Origin: Vicugna vicugna
Lineage: Eukaryota
DNA: 51,850 nt
Assembly (NCBI GenBank): GCA_013265495.1
Contig: MU058198.1
Span: 4,228,419-4,280,268 of the forward strand
Direction of reading: 5' to 3'
In this document: positions 38,101 to 49,128 of the stretch, piece after piece
How the letters are laid out: each line of letters begins with the position of its first letter
How positions within the stretch are numbered: the first letter of the stretch is position 1
Notes under the pieces: generated by a model
What the model was told of the DNA's origin: nothing
The model's input: the letters and a program-made list of their open reading frames with translations, nothing else
Databases searched by the model: none
Translations under genes and position numbers: made by a program

Positions 38101-41100
38101 GGTGAGAAGGTCAGTGACAGCCCCGTTGCTGTGGTGTCTCCTCCCCATCCACCTTCTCCGCCACTCGAGGAAGCTTCTGGGAGGTTGAGGAAGGTGGGGT
38201 GGGGGAGGGTAAGCGTAGGGGGAGGAAAGACGGAGAAAAGGTAGAGTTCCCTCTCCCCTTCTCCTGCCAAAGCCTCCTCAGCAGCATCTCGGGAGGGTGC
38301 CTGTCACCGAATGGGACTCCACTGAATGGGGCTTGGGTGGGTCTGTTACTTTCCTCCTGGGACTGGGAAGTTATGAGCTATTCATCAGAGGTGCTGAAGC
38401 CCACTGGGCCTGCCCCACCCTGACCTTTGGATGGGCAGATCTCCTGGAGATTGGCCAAGAGCAGGTGCTTTGCAGCCTCCAGGCACGTGCTGCTCAGCCT
38501 GACTCACTGGCGCTGTCTTCCCTTCCAGCTGGAGCTGGGGGAGAGCTTGTCTGTGTGAGGTGGGGGAGGGGGGAGGGAGGACTTCCATTCAATCCAAACG
38601 ACAATGACAAACTCTGTGCCAGCTCCAGACGTGAAAGACAGACATAGAAGGACAGCTCTCCCTTTCATTCTGGTGGGAAGCTATGGACGTGGGGAAGCCT
38701 TCCCCAGGAGCGTCACATCCGAGGAGGAGTTTTCCAGTTAGATTAAGGGGGACCGGCATTCCGGGTGGATGGACAGAACAAGCAGAAGAACGAACATGAC
38801 TTGTTAGGGAAACGGTGTATTTCAGCGTGCCTGGAGGACTGGGAGCACAAAGCGAGGGAAGGGAATGAGGTTGAGTGGTAGGCAAACCAGGAAGGGCCTG
38901 GCAGGCAGCTCTAACTTACTTATTTGGCCATGATCTTGGGGGCAATAGGGAGCCACTGAGAGTTTTAATGAGGAGGAGAGGATGATACAATCATTGTGGT
39001 GTTTGATAAAGGCTGCAGTGTGGAGGGGGCAGTATAGGAAGACCAAGAACAGAAGCAGAAAGACTATGGAGGAGCTTGTATTAGCCCAGGGAAGGGGGTC
39101 TCAAACATAATTGCCCACAGGGCTCCCATTTGAGACCCCTGATCTGGGAAGAGATAGATGAAACAAAGATAGTATACAATGCTTCTGTGTTTGCCAGAAT
39201 CTAGGCTACAGCCTGGTGCTAAAATGCCCATTCATTCATTCACCCATCAACTTCACGTCTCTCCAGGTGGACATGTATGCAGGCGCCATCTTTATTCAGC
39301 AGTCTTTGCACCTGAATCTGTACCTGGCCATAGTTGGGCTGCTGGCCATCACGGCTCTATACACCGTTGCAGGTATGACTGAACAAGGGGTGATGCTGGG
39401 AGAGGTGGTGGGCAGGGGCTGTAGGCCATCCTGTCTTTTCCTGGTCCATCTTCTGATGTCCCAGTGTGTTAAGACCATGTCTTCATTAAGCCTTAGTCCA
39501 GATAATATGAATTCTCTTGGCCAACGTCCAAAGGAAAAGTGTTGCCTGATAAGAGGGAGAATTCGAAAATACACCACAACTGCATAAAGCTATTTGCGAT
39601 TTATTTATTCAAGAACTGCTCATTAGAACCTTCTACGTGCTGAGTATGTGGATTCACACGCGCTGCACAAAGCTAGATCACAAACCACTGTCATTCTGCA
39701 GCCTCTTATTTCCCCCTCGGACTTGCACCCCAGAAGAGCTGGTGTATCACAGGGTCTAGACATGTATCTGCCTTTGAATATTCAGCTTCTTATCTTCTGC
39801 ACCCCTTTCATCCTTCTCTGCCTCCTCTTGGTGCAACAGAATTCATGCAACAAGTATCCACATCCTTATCTCAGCTACTAAAAGCCAGACGTCATGCTGG
39901 GAACTGGAGCGCAGCAGTAAACAAGACAGACAAAATCTTTGCCCCAGAGAAACTTCCCTTGTCAGGGGGATGGGGAGACAGACAATGAACAAGGAAGCCA
40001 ATGAATAATGTCGGAGTGTATTATCATAACAAGATAGGGAAAAGGGGGGAAGAATTCTTTTACATCGAATGTTCGGGTGAGGACTCTCTAAGGTGATGTA
40101 TGTACAAGACTTAAATGATGTGAAGGAAATGCACAGGAGGAGTGCAGGGGCGAGAATGCCGGGCGGAGGGGAGGCATGTGTAAAGACTCTAAGATGAGAA
40201 CGCGTGCTGCTTGCTTGAAGAACAGCAAGGGGGTCTAGGTGGCTGAAGCTGAGCGAGCAGATTGGGAGAGGCCATTCCCACAAGCCGGCGTGACAGTGGC
40301 GTCCTTGGCGTCGTGCTGTGCTGCAGCCCTGATGGCAGGAGAAAGGAGTGGAGGAAAGGGAGGGACCGGAGCCTTGAAAGAAACCAAATGAGCCTGGGAT
40401 TTAGTCCTAGTGGAACCCCACTGGGGTCTCCTAAACAGAACAGTGACCAGATCTAACGAATGCAAAGCCCTCTGATGCACAAGGATCTTGGCTGAGTTTT
40501 CAGCACTAAAAGCAGCCACGTGTCCGGAGCTCAGGGAAAGGGAAGGGCCATTTGCAGTTGCCAATTTATCAGTCTGTTTCCTTGTTAGGGGTGTGTCTCC
40601 CCCACTAAACTATAAGCTCTGTGAAGTCAGGGAACATGCTGTTTTGTTTAACTCTGTATCCCTTCCACGTAGAACTAGGTTGAGTGCTCACCAGACGTTT
40701 GGTGAATGATTGAACAAAACACTAAAGTGACTGAATAAAAACCATTATCCACCATATGATAAATGCTCAATAAACAAACGTTAGTACAGAAATGGTGGTG
40801 GGTGTCCATGGTACCAAAGTTCAGGCCAGCGAAGAGCTGGGGCCAGATGCTCAGCCAGGTCTCTCTCCATTTGTGAGAGGGCCCCATTCCTGGGGCGAGG
40901 AAGGAGGAATCATAGGAGAACTCCACACCCACGTGCGTGTTTGTTTTGCAGTGACTTTTCCCATGAGTAAGCATGTTCGTATCAGATGAGTGTCCCTTCT
41001 CTGCTGGGAAAGAGGAAGAGGGAAGGGTCGGGAAGAGACTGGAAAGACTGCTCTGTCTGGGTGCTGCTGGGTTTGCCACCATGATTGTCATTACAAAGAT

Positions 41101-44100
41101 TTTTCTAGGCAGTGAAACCAGTCAGAGTCCCCTGAGGCCAACCACTGTGACCCTGTCTGGAAAACCTATTAGACTCTGAAGACCTAGTACTCAGTCCTTT
41201 TTCCAAAGTTAAAATAAAGGTGTTCATATGGGGAATCTAAAAAAAAAAAAAAGGAGACAAATGGATTCATCTACAAAACAGAAATAGACTCACAGACATA
41301 GAGAACAAACTTATGGTTACCAGGGGCCAAAGGGGGTGGGGAGGGATAAACTGGGAATTTGAAAATTGCACCGCTTGGGGAGTGATGGAAATGCCTTGAC
41401 TGTGGTGGTGGTTTCATGGGTATATATGCATCTATCAAAATTCATCAAGTTGTACATCTGAAATATGTGTAGTTTACTGTCCAAGAACCATACCACAATA
41501 AAGCTGTTAAAAAAATAAACAATCAATCAATCAATAAAAATAAATGTGCTCAGAGCTTGGGGACTATGGTCCAAGCATCACTTCCTATGTCAGTTAGCAA
41601 TTACTGTTTAACTCCCCACAAATTTAGGGCCTTGAGACAACAATGGTTTCTCTTCCTCCACAAGTCATTGTGTAGCTTGCCTAGGTGGTTTTTCTGCTGT
41701 TCTCACTTGCCTTGGTTGAATTATAGTTAGATGGCACCTGGAAGAGAGTGGCCTCCCTCAGGTGGCTGGTGGTTAGCTTGGGCCATCATCCTCCATGAGG
41801 CTGGACCGGGCTTCTTCAAGAAGCTTGGTGGTCTTGGGGCAACACAAGAACCAGAGCGGGAGCTTCCAGGCTCCTTGAGGCCCAGGCTTGGAGCTGTACA
41901 ATGGTGCTTCTATCCTAGTCTGTTGGCTGAAGCAAACCATTTGGCCAAGCCATATTTAAGAGGTAGAGAAATCAACTTCACCTGAATACAAAAGGAGCTG
42001 CAAAGCCACACTGCAGAATGGGCAGGCACACAGGATGGAGATGTCGTGGCCATCGCTGCAAACAATCAACACTAAGATAGCTCCCCAGTCAGGTCTTGAA
42101 CTTGCAGGTTCCCTCTGCCACCCAGAGGGTAACTCCTCTCCATCAGCGTACCTGAGCCTCACCTCACTGCTCATCTCCCCACCAGGTGGCCTGGCGGCTG
42201 TGATCTACACGGATGCTCTGCAGACTCTGATCATGCTTATAGGAGCGCTCATCCTGATGGGCTACAGTAAGTGGGGTTCCAGGGTCGCTGGGGTGGATGA
42301 CGGCGTCTCTCTCAAGCAGGGACATCTGCTCTCATCACTGCGATCAGCAAACCTAGCTGTCAAATCCAGCTGGGGATCCCTGCTTGAGGCACAGTTATTT
42401 CAGTTGGAAGAGAGCTGTGCTTATCAGGGAATCTTACTCTTGTAAAGGAAACATGTATGGCTCTTCCTCTCTTGATATGGATAAATAATTAAACAAACAA
42501 ATAAAAGGGGGCAAAGGGACAACTCTGCCTTACAGAAAAATTCCAATTAATACATGCAGATGGAGTGAGGGAAATGGAATGTCACCACGAGAATGCCACT
42601 GTAATAATTTCTGCAGGCACGATCCAGTGATAGATGCTAAAGTTAGCAGGTGAGAGTTTATGAAGAAATAGGCTATTTGCTTGGTCTCAAAGTATCACGT
42701 CTGGGGGGAGGGTACAGCTCAAGTGGTAGAGCATGTGCTTAGCATGCATGAGGTCCTGGGTTCAAGTCCCAGGACCTCCATTAAAAAACTAATTAAATAA
42801 ATAAACTTAATTACCTCCCCCACCAAAAAATATTAACAAAAAGTATCATGTCCAAAATATTTATTGATTACAAAGGGAAATACAGTCACTTTACAGTGGA
42901 GAAACATGACACCCACCGCTGTAATTAATCGATCAAAATTAATATCAGTAATAGGACTTATCGATATGTAGCTCTTTGCCTGATGCATGGAGAAAGGACT
43001 CAGCATTACCTCTGTGCCATTCTTGCCAAAAAATACATAACCTCAACTTCTTCATGAATAAACATCAGACAAACCCAAACAGAGAGACGTTTTACTAACT
43101 GTGACCCGTATTCTTCAGAAGTATCAAGGACGTGAAAAATAAGGAAAGACTGAGGAAGTACACAGAGGAAACTAAAGAGACCCAACAAATAAAAACAATG
43201 TGGGATCCTGGACTGGATCCCAGAAGAGAAAAAGAACGTTAGTGGTGCGATCTGAATAGTCTGTAATATAGTTAATAATAACGCACCAGTGTTAATTTCT
43301 TAATTTCCATAACTGCACTCTGCCTATGTAAGATGGTACCTTCAGGTGAGGGGTATATGGGAACTCTCTGTACTGCTTCTACAACTCTTCTGCGTGTCTA
43401 AAGTTATCCCCAAGTAAAAAGTTAAAAATTAACAGCGATTAAAATATATGTGAGCCAGATGTTCTATTTCGTTTAATTTTCATAACAACCTAATGATATC
43501 AGTATTATTGTCACCCCCTTTTTGGGGTGAGAAAGTTAGGGCATCAACTGTTAAAACTTTCCCAAGGTCCCAAAGCTAGGATTCAAAGCCAGGATTCAAA
43601 CCCAAGCAGACTGACTTCAGATCACATACCCTTCCCCATCATACTGCCTGGCAATGACTTTTGAAGGAAGAGTCTAGGAGCAGGGGCCAAAGAGTATAGA
43701 CAAGAATTTTACCTGAACACTGTGCCTTTCTGCACAGTTTGAATTTTGTGTATATGTTACTTTCATCTTTCAAGCCAAAAATTCAAAGAAAGAATCCTGG
43801 AGTAATAAATGAGCTTCACGACAAAGACAGCAACAACACTGTTTATTATTAACTTTAGCAGGAAATGTTTTGGACCCTTATGAAGAAGAGAAACTTTGCT
43901 GGTGTATATAGGGAGGACATAGAAATGAATAATAAATAGGTAAGGACACATGTCCTTTGGTGTGGTTGTTGTCATAGGTAGCAAAACTTTGAACCTCCCA
44001 GTGCCGCACAAGTGACTTACAACACTTCAGGTTTCAGAGGCAGGAGAGCTGAAAGATGCATCTTCCCATGGTCTGTTCTTAGCCAAACTTCCTGATCTTT

Positions 44101-47100
44101 CTCTCAAAAAGTATAGGGTCTCAATGGGGAAGTTCTGTTACTTAACTCATTATAATCAGTCAGGAGAGAGATTTCAGATCGACCTTCAGCAACCTTCATC
44201 GTTCTGCTATATCTAGTAGACTTTCTCCCAAGGCATCTGCAGGTTTTAAATGTTGAAAATTTATTGACCGGATATGCACGGGTTTCTTTCTGTGCTCTGA
44301 ATTCTGTTCCATTGATCCGTATGACTGGTTTTAGGCAAATACCACACTGTTTTGATTACTATAGCTTTGTAGAGGCGTTTGAAATCAATTCCAATCTGTG
44401 TGGTGAGTATGTGGCTGTTTGGCTGTTATTCTTTCATTTAGTTATATATTGCTTATTTTCTCAATAAAACGAAAGGATTATAGTTTAGATAAAGAAAATT
44501 TAACTTTCTATCATTTGCAAGTGGCACATGTAAAATGAAGTATAAGACAAAAAGCACTAAACAGAAGGGAAAGTAATTTTATATTGAAAAATAGCAAATT
44601 TACAATGAAGATATAATGTTTGTGTATTAAATAACATTGCTGCAAGACGCATAAAAGTTGTTAGAAATAGAAAAAATGGACAGAAACCAAAATAGTACCA
44701 GAAGGCTTTAACCCATCACAGAACAAGGAGTTGAAACATAAATAAGGATTTGGAGGTTATAAATTATATAGATGATAAGCATTCTCATCATAGTGAATAT
44801 AGCTTTTTCTAGCATCATACAACCATCCACAAAAATGGGTCATTGAAAAAAATTACCAAATTTTGCGAAAATCCCCATACAAACATTTTCCAGATTGTGT
44901 TATTTTACCCATGCAAAACCAAAAAGTTAAATTCATTAGGAAAAGTGTGAATTTAAAAAAATTACTTAGAAAATCTAATTACTTCGAAAATTTAAAGCAG
45001 TTTCCTAAATAGTGCTCAGGTCAAGGAGGAAATAAAACTGCAGCTACAAACTATTTAGAAAAAAACAAAATGACAAGAACATTACATTTCAAACTGAATG
45101 ATGAAGTCAGAGCCGGAATCCTAGAAAAACATTTATATCCAGGAATATGAAAGTCCAGTGGAATGAACTGGAAAAGAGGAAACTTCAGAATGAATTACTC
45201 CAATATCTCCTTCCTTGAGAAGAACCATAAAATACGGCAGCAAATCAAAGGGAGAAAACAAGGCAGTACTTAGGAATAAGAAAAAGAATGAAAAGCACAG
45301 AGAAAAAAATTTAGATTATAGGCTAACAAAGTTTTAGGGGAACAAATATGAAAACTTGCTTGAAATCTATGTTTTCCTAGGAAAATCTAAGTTACTAAAT
45401 TTGACTCAAGTCGGAAACTGTAATAGTCCAAGTATCAAAAAAGAAATTAGTACATTTGTTTAAAAACCCCTTCCAGAAGGGGCACCAAGAAAACAAAGTA
45501 ATCTCATTAGAACCAGAAAGAGAATAGCCTCATTATTTATGCAATAAAAAATAAATCCCATGACAGATACATATTGAAAAGAAAGAGATAAAATTACTAT
45601 TATTTGCAGATGATATGACTGGTTATCTAGAAAAAAAAAAGAAAGAAGAGAGAAATTGAAAAAGTAACCTAAAATGGAGCTTATTTATTAAAGTGGCTGA
45701 AATCAGGATTAATATTCATAATCCCCCACTTTGCTTTATGCCAGGAGGACGGCTAGTTTCATTTGGTACCCAGATGTCTCCTACGTTGCTGCTCCTCTGA
45801 GTAGCATCAGGGCCAACTGGGAGCCCATTAGAAGGGCAGAAACTCAGGCGCCACTGCAGACTTGCTTAATCAATCAGCACACGCTTTTTAATGGTTCCCA
45901 GGTGATTCCAAGTTTACGACGCGCTGCCTACTTCATTTCCACGCATGCTGGGGTGATTCTGTTCTCAGTTTTTCTACCTGCGATGCTCTGTATCCTGGGT
46001 GAATTGCACTTGCTTTGCATACTCAGATGGGCAGGTCCAATGATTGATAAAAAGCATACCCTCCCCACCAGCCACCCACAGGCACGAAATAATTTTTCAT
46101 GGAAATAAAGCATGCCAAAAATCTAGCATCACATTATTTTCCCCCTAGTAGCTATTGTTTACTACAATCTTCAGTGAAGATCATCCAGGTTGCACGTTAC
46201 ATATCCTTCCTACCCAAGTGGTAACACCAAACCCTTCTCTTCCAAACAAACAAACAAACAGACGCCTTCCAGAACGTAATCCAGTGAGAGCAGTGTTATT
46301 TGGGGGATGACCTTGAATCCTCTCAATTAATGAGAAGAAGCAAACTCTCTGTAAACTACACGACTTTATTATTTTTTAGAACAGCTCGGGTTTGTGCCTG
46401 ATGCGGTGTATTTCAGGCGCATTATCTGGCTCAGTCCTTGCCCCAGCCCCGTGAGGTTGGCGCTACACCATCCCCACCTGCAGATGAGGAAACCGAATCC
46501 CAGAGGGGGCGGTGACTTGCCCAAGGCCAGAAGGTACTTGGACCACTCTTGTGATAACCGTGAGTTCAGAGTAGCTGAGAAGAAATCCAGAGGGGAAAGA
46601 ATGTCTCCTTCAGACAGAGTTTCTTAACCTGGGGTCCATGAGCAGAATTCAGGGGTTTTGTGAATCTTGGATGGGGGGAAAAATTGATCTGTTTTTTTCC
46701 TAAATCCATCATTGGAATGTAGCAGTTTTCAATTATTAATGTAGCCAAAAAAAAAAAAAACCACAGGAATATTAGCAATATCTGTGACTTTACCAAAAGA
46801 CACCCAGATGTTTTTATCTGAATGTTTTTACAGGTGCTATTGATGTATTGAAACACTGTTCATGGTTACTCTAAAACTAAATTATTTTTAGACTGACTGC
46901 TGGGTCTTATTTGATGGAGCAAATAAATAAATTACTATGTCACAGTTTTTATGTTTTGATGAGGGCCTTCAACATATTTGATCTCCTTAACAATCTATGT
47001 ATTTTGTATCATGTATTAGAAATGATATTCTGAGACGCAATCCATAGTCAAGGTATTAAAAAAAAAAAAAAGAGGTGAAGAAACTTTAAGGCAGCTAACT

Positions 47101-47425
47101 TTCCCTGGTAGCGCTGCTCTAAATAGGATTTCACTGATCTGCAAACAGCCCCGCCCCGCCATTACTTGCTGTAGACCCATCCGAGTTCCTGGCCAATTTG
47201 AGTTTCCTCTGAATTCTAGGCTTTGCTGCAGTCGGTGGGATGGAAGGCCTGAAGGAGAAATACTTTCTGGCCCTGGCTAGCAACCGGACAGGGAACAACA
47301 GCTGCGGACTGCCCCGGGAAGATGCCTTCCATATTTTCCGAGACCCACTGACGTCTGATCTCCCGTGGCCCGGAATCCTGTTTGGAATGTCCATCCCGTC
47401 CCTGTGGTACTGGTGCACGGATCAG
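22618..47425 (+). CDS. SLC5A11: SLC5A11 sodium/myo-inositol cotransporter 2 (SMIT2/SGLT6), 3'-partial spliced CDS: join(22618-22752,25504-25575,30013-30117,31312-31371,37977-38081,39267-39372,42186-42266,47220-47425), 870 nt = 290 codons
   Basis: Manual splicing at GT-AG sites gives an uninterrupted frame [21 protein letters not shown]...GYFLAGG...[20 protein letters not shown]...[12 protein letters not shown]...[10 protein letters not shown]...LWYWCTDQ. This matches my recollection of human SLC5A11 and of sodium:solute symporter family motifs. Confidence 0.96.
23080..23870 (-). mobile_element. Ancient L1M fragment
   Basis: AT-rich; gcacagtattccatt...gtggaattgtcaggtt...caaattgccctc. Confidence 0.7.
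24800..25440 (+). mobile_element. MER103-like hAT element interrupted by an L1 3'-end insertion (~24962-25380)
   Basis: caggggtgtaaaactcaaatgccta...aaaggcattcaaat, then L1 3' UTR (aaagaagcagactcacagatacagagaacaaactagtggttaccag...gtacatcaactgtacttcaat), then tctggcctgctggactcccagttg. Confidence 0.75.
25504..25575 (+). CDS. SLC5A11: SLC5A11 coding exon 2: [24 protein letters not shown]
   Basis: Pyrimidine tract plus tttcag|; donor CCA|gtaagt; 72 nt; GYFLAG motif. Confidence 0.96.
26706..27245. mobile_element. hAT-Charlie (MER113-like) fossil
   Basis: cagtgtttcccaaa start; tggttttccattta...aaaatattaagtaaata...aagaaatgctg end. Confidence 0.65.
27880..29070 (+). mobile_element. Degenerate LINE-1 ORF2 (reverse transcriptase) fragment
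   Basis: Remnants of HMIISIDAEKA and the RT catalytic F-A-D-D (tttgcagatgac, 28467-28478); many stops and frameshifts. Confidence 0.9.
29127..29290. repeat. (CT)n/(CCCT)n polypyrimidine microsatellite
   Basis: Long pure (CT) run followed by CCCT-interrupted units. Confidence 0.97.
30013..30117 (+). CDS. SLC5A11: SLC5A11 coding exon 3: [35 protein letters not shown]
   Basis: Acceptor ccccacag|; donor AAT|gtaagt; 105 nt. Confidence 0.96.
30680..30890 (+). mobile_element. MIR SINE (representative copy)
   Basis: gccagactgcctgggttc...tgtgtgaccttgggcaagttgtttaacctctctgagcc...gtaagtgctca. Other MIR pieces lie near 12650, 16510, 17640, 19200, 21060, 21970, 22850, 24600, 43500 and 46440. Confidence 0.8.
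31312..31371 (+). CDS. SLC5A11: SLC5A11 coding exon 4: [20 protein letters not shown]
   Basis: Acceptor tcctgcag|; donor CAG|gtgagt; 60 nt. Confidence 0.96.
32740..33830 (-). mobile_element. Ancient L1M fragment
   Basis: atggacaatgctgttatgaacatttt...tggaatttctgggtcat...cctcccaccaacagtgtgtg. Confidence 0.75.
34262..34850 (-). mobile_element. Solo LTR (ERV1-like, family not recognised) with CCAAT array, octamer, TATA and poly(A) signal
   Basis: TG...CA termini. Minus-strand order: six CCAATCAG boxes, ATGCAAAT (34479), TATAAAA (34449-34443), AATAAA (34377-34372). No clear TSD seen. Confidence 0.75.
34876..35111 (-). mobile_element. MER20-like element
   Basis: gcagcatcc...ccactagatgccaata...aaatgtctccagacattgccaagtgt (reverse-strand MER20 core). 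Confidence 0.8.
36523..36590. repeat. (TTCC)n microsatellite
   Basis: Perfect ttcc tandem seen directly. Confidence 0.97.
37977..38081 (+). CDS. SLC5A11: SLC5A11 coding exon 5: [35 protein letters not shown]
   Basis: Acceptor ccccag|; donor TCG|gtaagg; 105 nt; [12 protein letters not shown] motif. Confidence 0.96.
39267..39372 (+). CDS. SLC5A11: SLC5A11 coding exon 6: [35 protein letters not shown](G)
   Basis: Acceptor ctccag|; donor CAG|gtatga; 106 nt, ends in phase 1. Confidence 0.96.
39880..40460. mobile_element. LINE-2 fragment
   Basis: gcagtaaacaagacagacaaaatc...ggggagacagacaat...tgaagaacagcaagg. Similar L2 pieces lie at ~5690-5880, 38640-39080 and 47700-48100. Confidence 0.7.
41225..41545 (+). 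mobile_element. L1 3' UTR fragments (younger piece joined to an older L1M 3' end)
   Basis: caaaacagaaatagactcacagacatagagaacaaacttatggttacc; tcaaaattcatcaagttgtaca...caataaagctg. Confidence 0.8.
41588..42070 (-). mobile_element. MLT1 (MaLR) LTR
   Basis: tgtcagttagcaatt...caaatttagggccttgagacaacaat...ctccttgaggcccaggcttggag...gagctgcaaagccacactgca. Confidence 0.7.
42186..42266 (+). CDS. SLC5A11: SLC5A11 coding exon 7: (G)[26 protein letters not shown](S)
   Basis: Acceptor ccaccag|; donor ACA|gtaagt; 81 nt, phase 1-1. Confidence 0.96.
42430..43435 (+). mobile_element. Ancient L1MD/MC-like 3' region (hosts the 42703 SINE)
   Basis: tacaaagggaaatacagtcactttacagtggagaaac...gatcctggactggatcc...gggaactctctgtact. 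Confidence 0.75.
42703..42839 (+). mobile_element. vic-1-type SINE with target-site duplication, inserted into an old L1
   Basis: Full SINE body; flanks aaagtatcacgtct (42689-42702) and aaagtatcatgtcc (42840-42853). Confidence 0.92.
44250..45720. mobile_element. Degenerate L1M ORF2 fragments (minus-strand piece ~44250-44390, then plus-strand pieces)
   Basis: ttctgttccattgatc...ccacactgttttgattactatagctttgta; F-A-D-D remnant tttgcagatgat at 45603-45614. Confidence 0.7.
47220..47425 (+). CDS. SLC5A11: SLC5A11 coding exon 8: (S)[68 protein letters not shown]
   Basis: Acceptor ttctag|; donor CAG|gtacag; 206 nt; extracellular loop with N-glycosylation sequons NRT and NNS. Confidence 0.96.
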
Positions 47426-49128
47426 GTACAGTGCAGCAGGCTGAGCAAGCCAGCCTCCAGGATGCTTCCTTCCTGGGGGTGTCTGGGTTTTCTTTTCTCC
47501 CTTAATCTATTTTCAAATTTGCATTTCTCCCCGACCATCCTCAGTAACTCCTTTCTCTCTAAAGCTCTACACGTTATCTTACTTCCTGCTCTTCTCGGGT
47601 CCTGGCAAATCCAAAGCTGCTGGTATTTGCAAAGAGGGAAAGCTTGATACATCCTGCTGGCTGCCTGGAAAGATTCAGTAAGCAAAAGAGATTGCTTACT
47701 TTAAATGGAGGTTAAAACTGGTATCGGTATTTGCGCCACAAATACGCACTAGGTGTCCTCTAGCACTGGCCACGTGGGAATCATGAGTAAACACATCAGG
47801 CAGGGCTCTCCCTTTTGCGGAGGTCACCTTCTGATGGGGGTAGACAGACAATAAATAAGTAAATTATGTGGAACGTTAAAAGGTGATAACTTATTTGAAA
47901 AAGAAAAGCAAACCGGGGCGGCAAGGGAAGGGAGATTGAGACTGTGGGAGGGCAATTTAAAGTAGGGTGGTCAGGGGAGGTGTGATTGAGAAGTGACTTT
48001 TGAACAAAGGCTTCGAAGGAGGAGAGTGAGGGGGCTCTGGTAATTGTTGGAGGAAGAGAGTTTTGGGCAGAGGGACCAGTCAATGCAAAGCTCTTAAAGC
48101 AAATATGTAACTGGTGTGAAAAAAGAAATTAGAAAAGCAAAAGGCACAACGATGTGTTAAAAGGTGCGGGGGAGGCGGTGGGATAGAATCCGTATTTGCA
48201 TTTGCTTGTATGTGCAGAAGGCAACTCCGGATGGATGTTTATAAAAGCAATAAGAGCGGTTGCCCTGGGCAGGGAGGCGGACAGATGTGCCAGGATGGAT
48301 GGGAGCTGTTTCACCCTCACAGCTGTTTATACTTTCCCAGGTTTCAAGCCTCGTGAATGTGTTACCTGTTGACGTGGTTTTTTCTGTTGCATCAAAGATC
48401 AGAAGTCAGCGTGCCATTTTGGAGGCTATTAATTGCATAGTCAGGGCTATTGAGAGTTTAACTGTAGTAATGATCATGGAGCTGAACCACTGCATTGATG
48501 TAGGAGACACTGCACAGAATGAATTCCAGGTCTCCCCACAGGTCAGAACTCCTCCCAGATGGGTGCTGTACGTAGGGGCTGCCCCTTTAAGAGAGCGAAC
48601 CTCTTCCCACCCTTAGCAAATCTTGGGCAATAGAGACCCTGGGAGACAATTCACCTGAGTTCACCTGAGGCTAACAGTGTGAGTTTTAACCTTAACAAGC
48701 CTGGAATCAAGTTCAGGTGGCTTAGCCTTGGGACAGTAACATCTCTGAACCACCGTTTCCTTGTCTGTTAAGGGGGGCGGGGTGTTACTAAGAATTACAA
48801 AAGACTGCAGCAGGAGGAATCTGGTCACAGTCCTTTTGTTGCAGGGACATTTAATAAATCATTAGAAACATTTTTGCTATGGTTTGCATTACTGTTCTTG
48901 ACACAGCTCACCGGCTTATATTTATTAATCTGTGCAGATGTTTCCTTGAGATACCTCAAACCCTCACTAGCTGGGATTCCAGCGTGCACCCCAAAAGCCC
49001 ACCCCTAACTCACCCCTCATCGTTCAAGAGCCCGGGGACCTATTCCAGGATTATTCAGTCTTCTTCCAAATGCCAGGCAGGGCGAGAGGGCCCAGAAACC
49101 CAAGCCCTCCCCTCCCTGGGCCCCGTGA

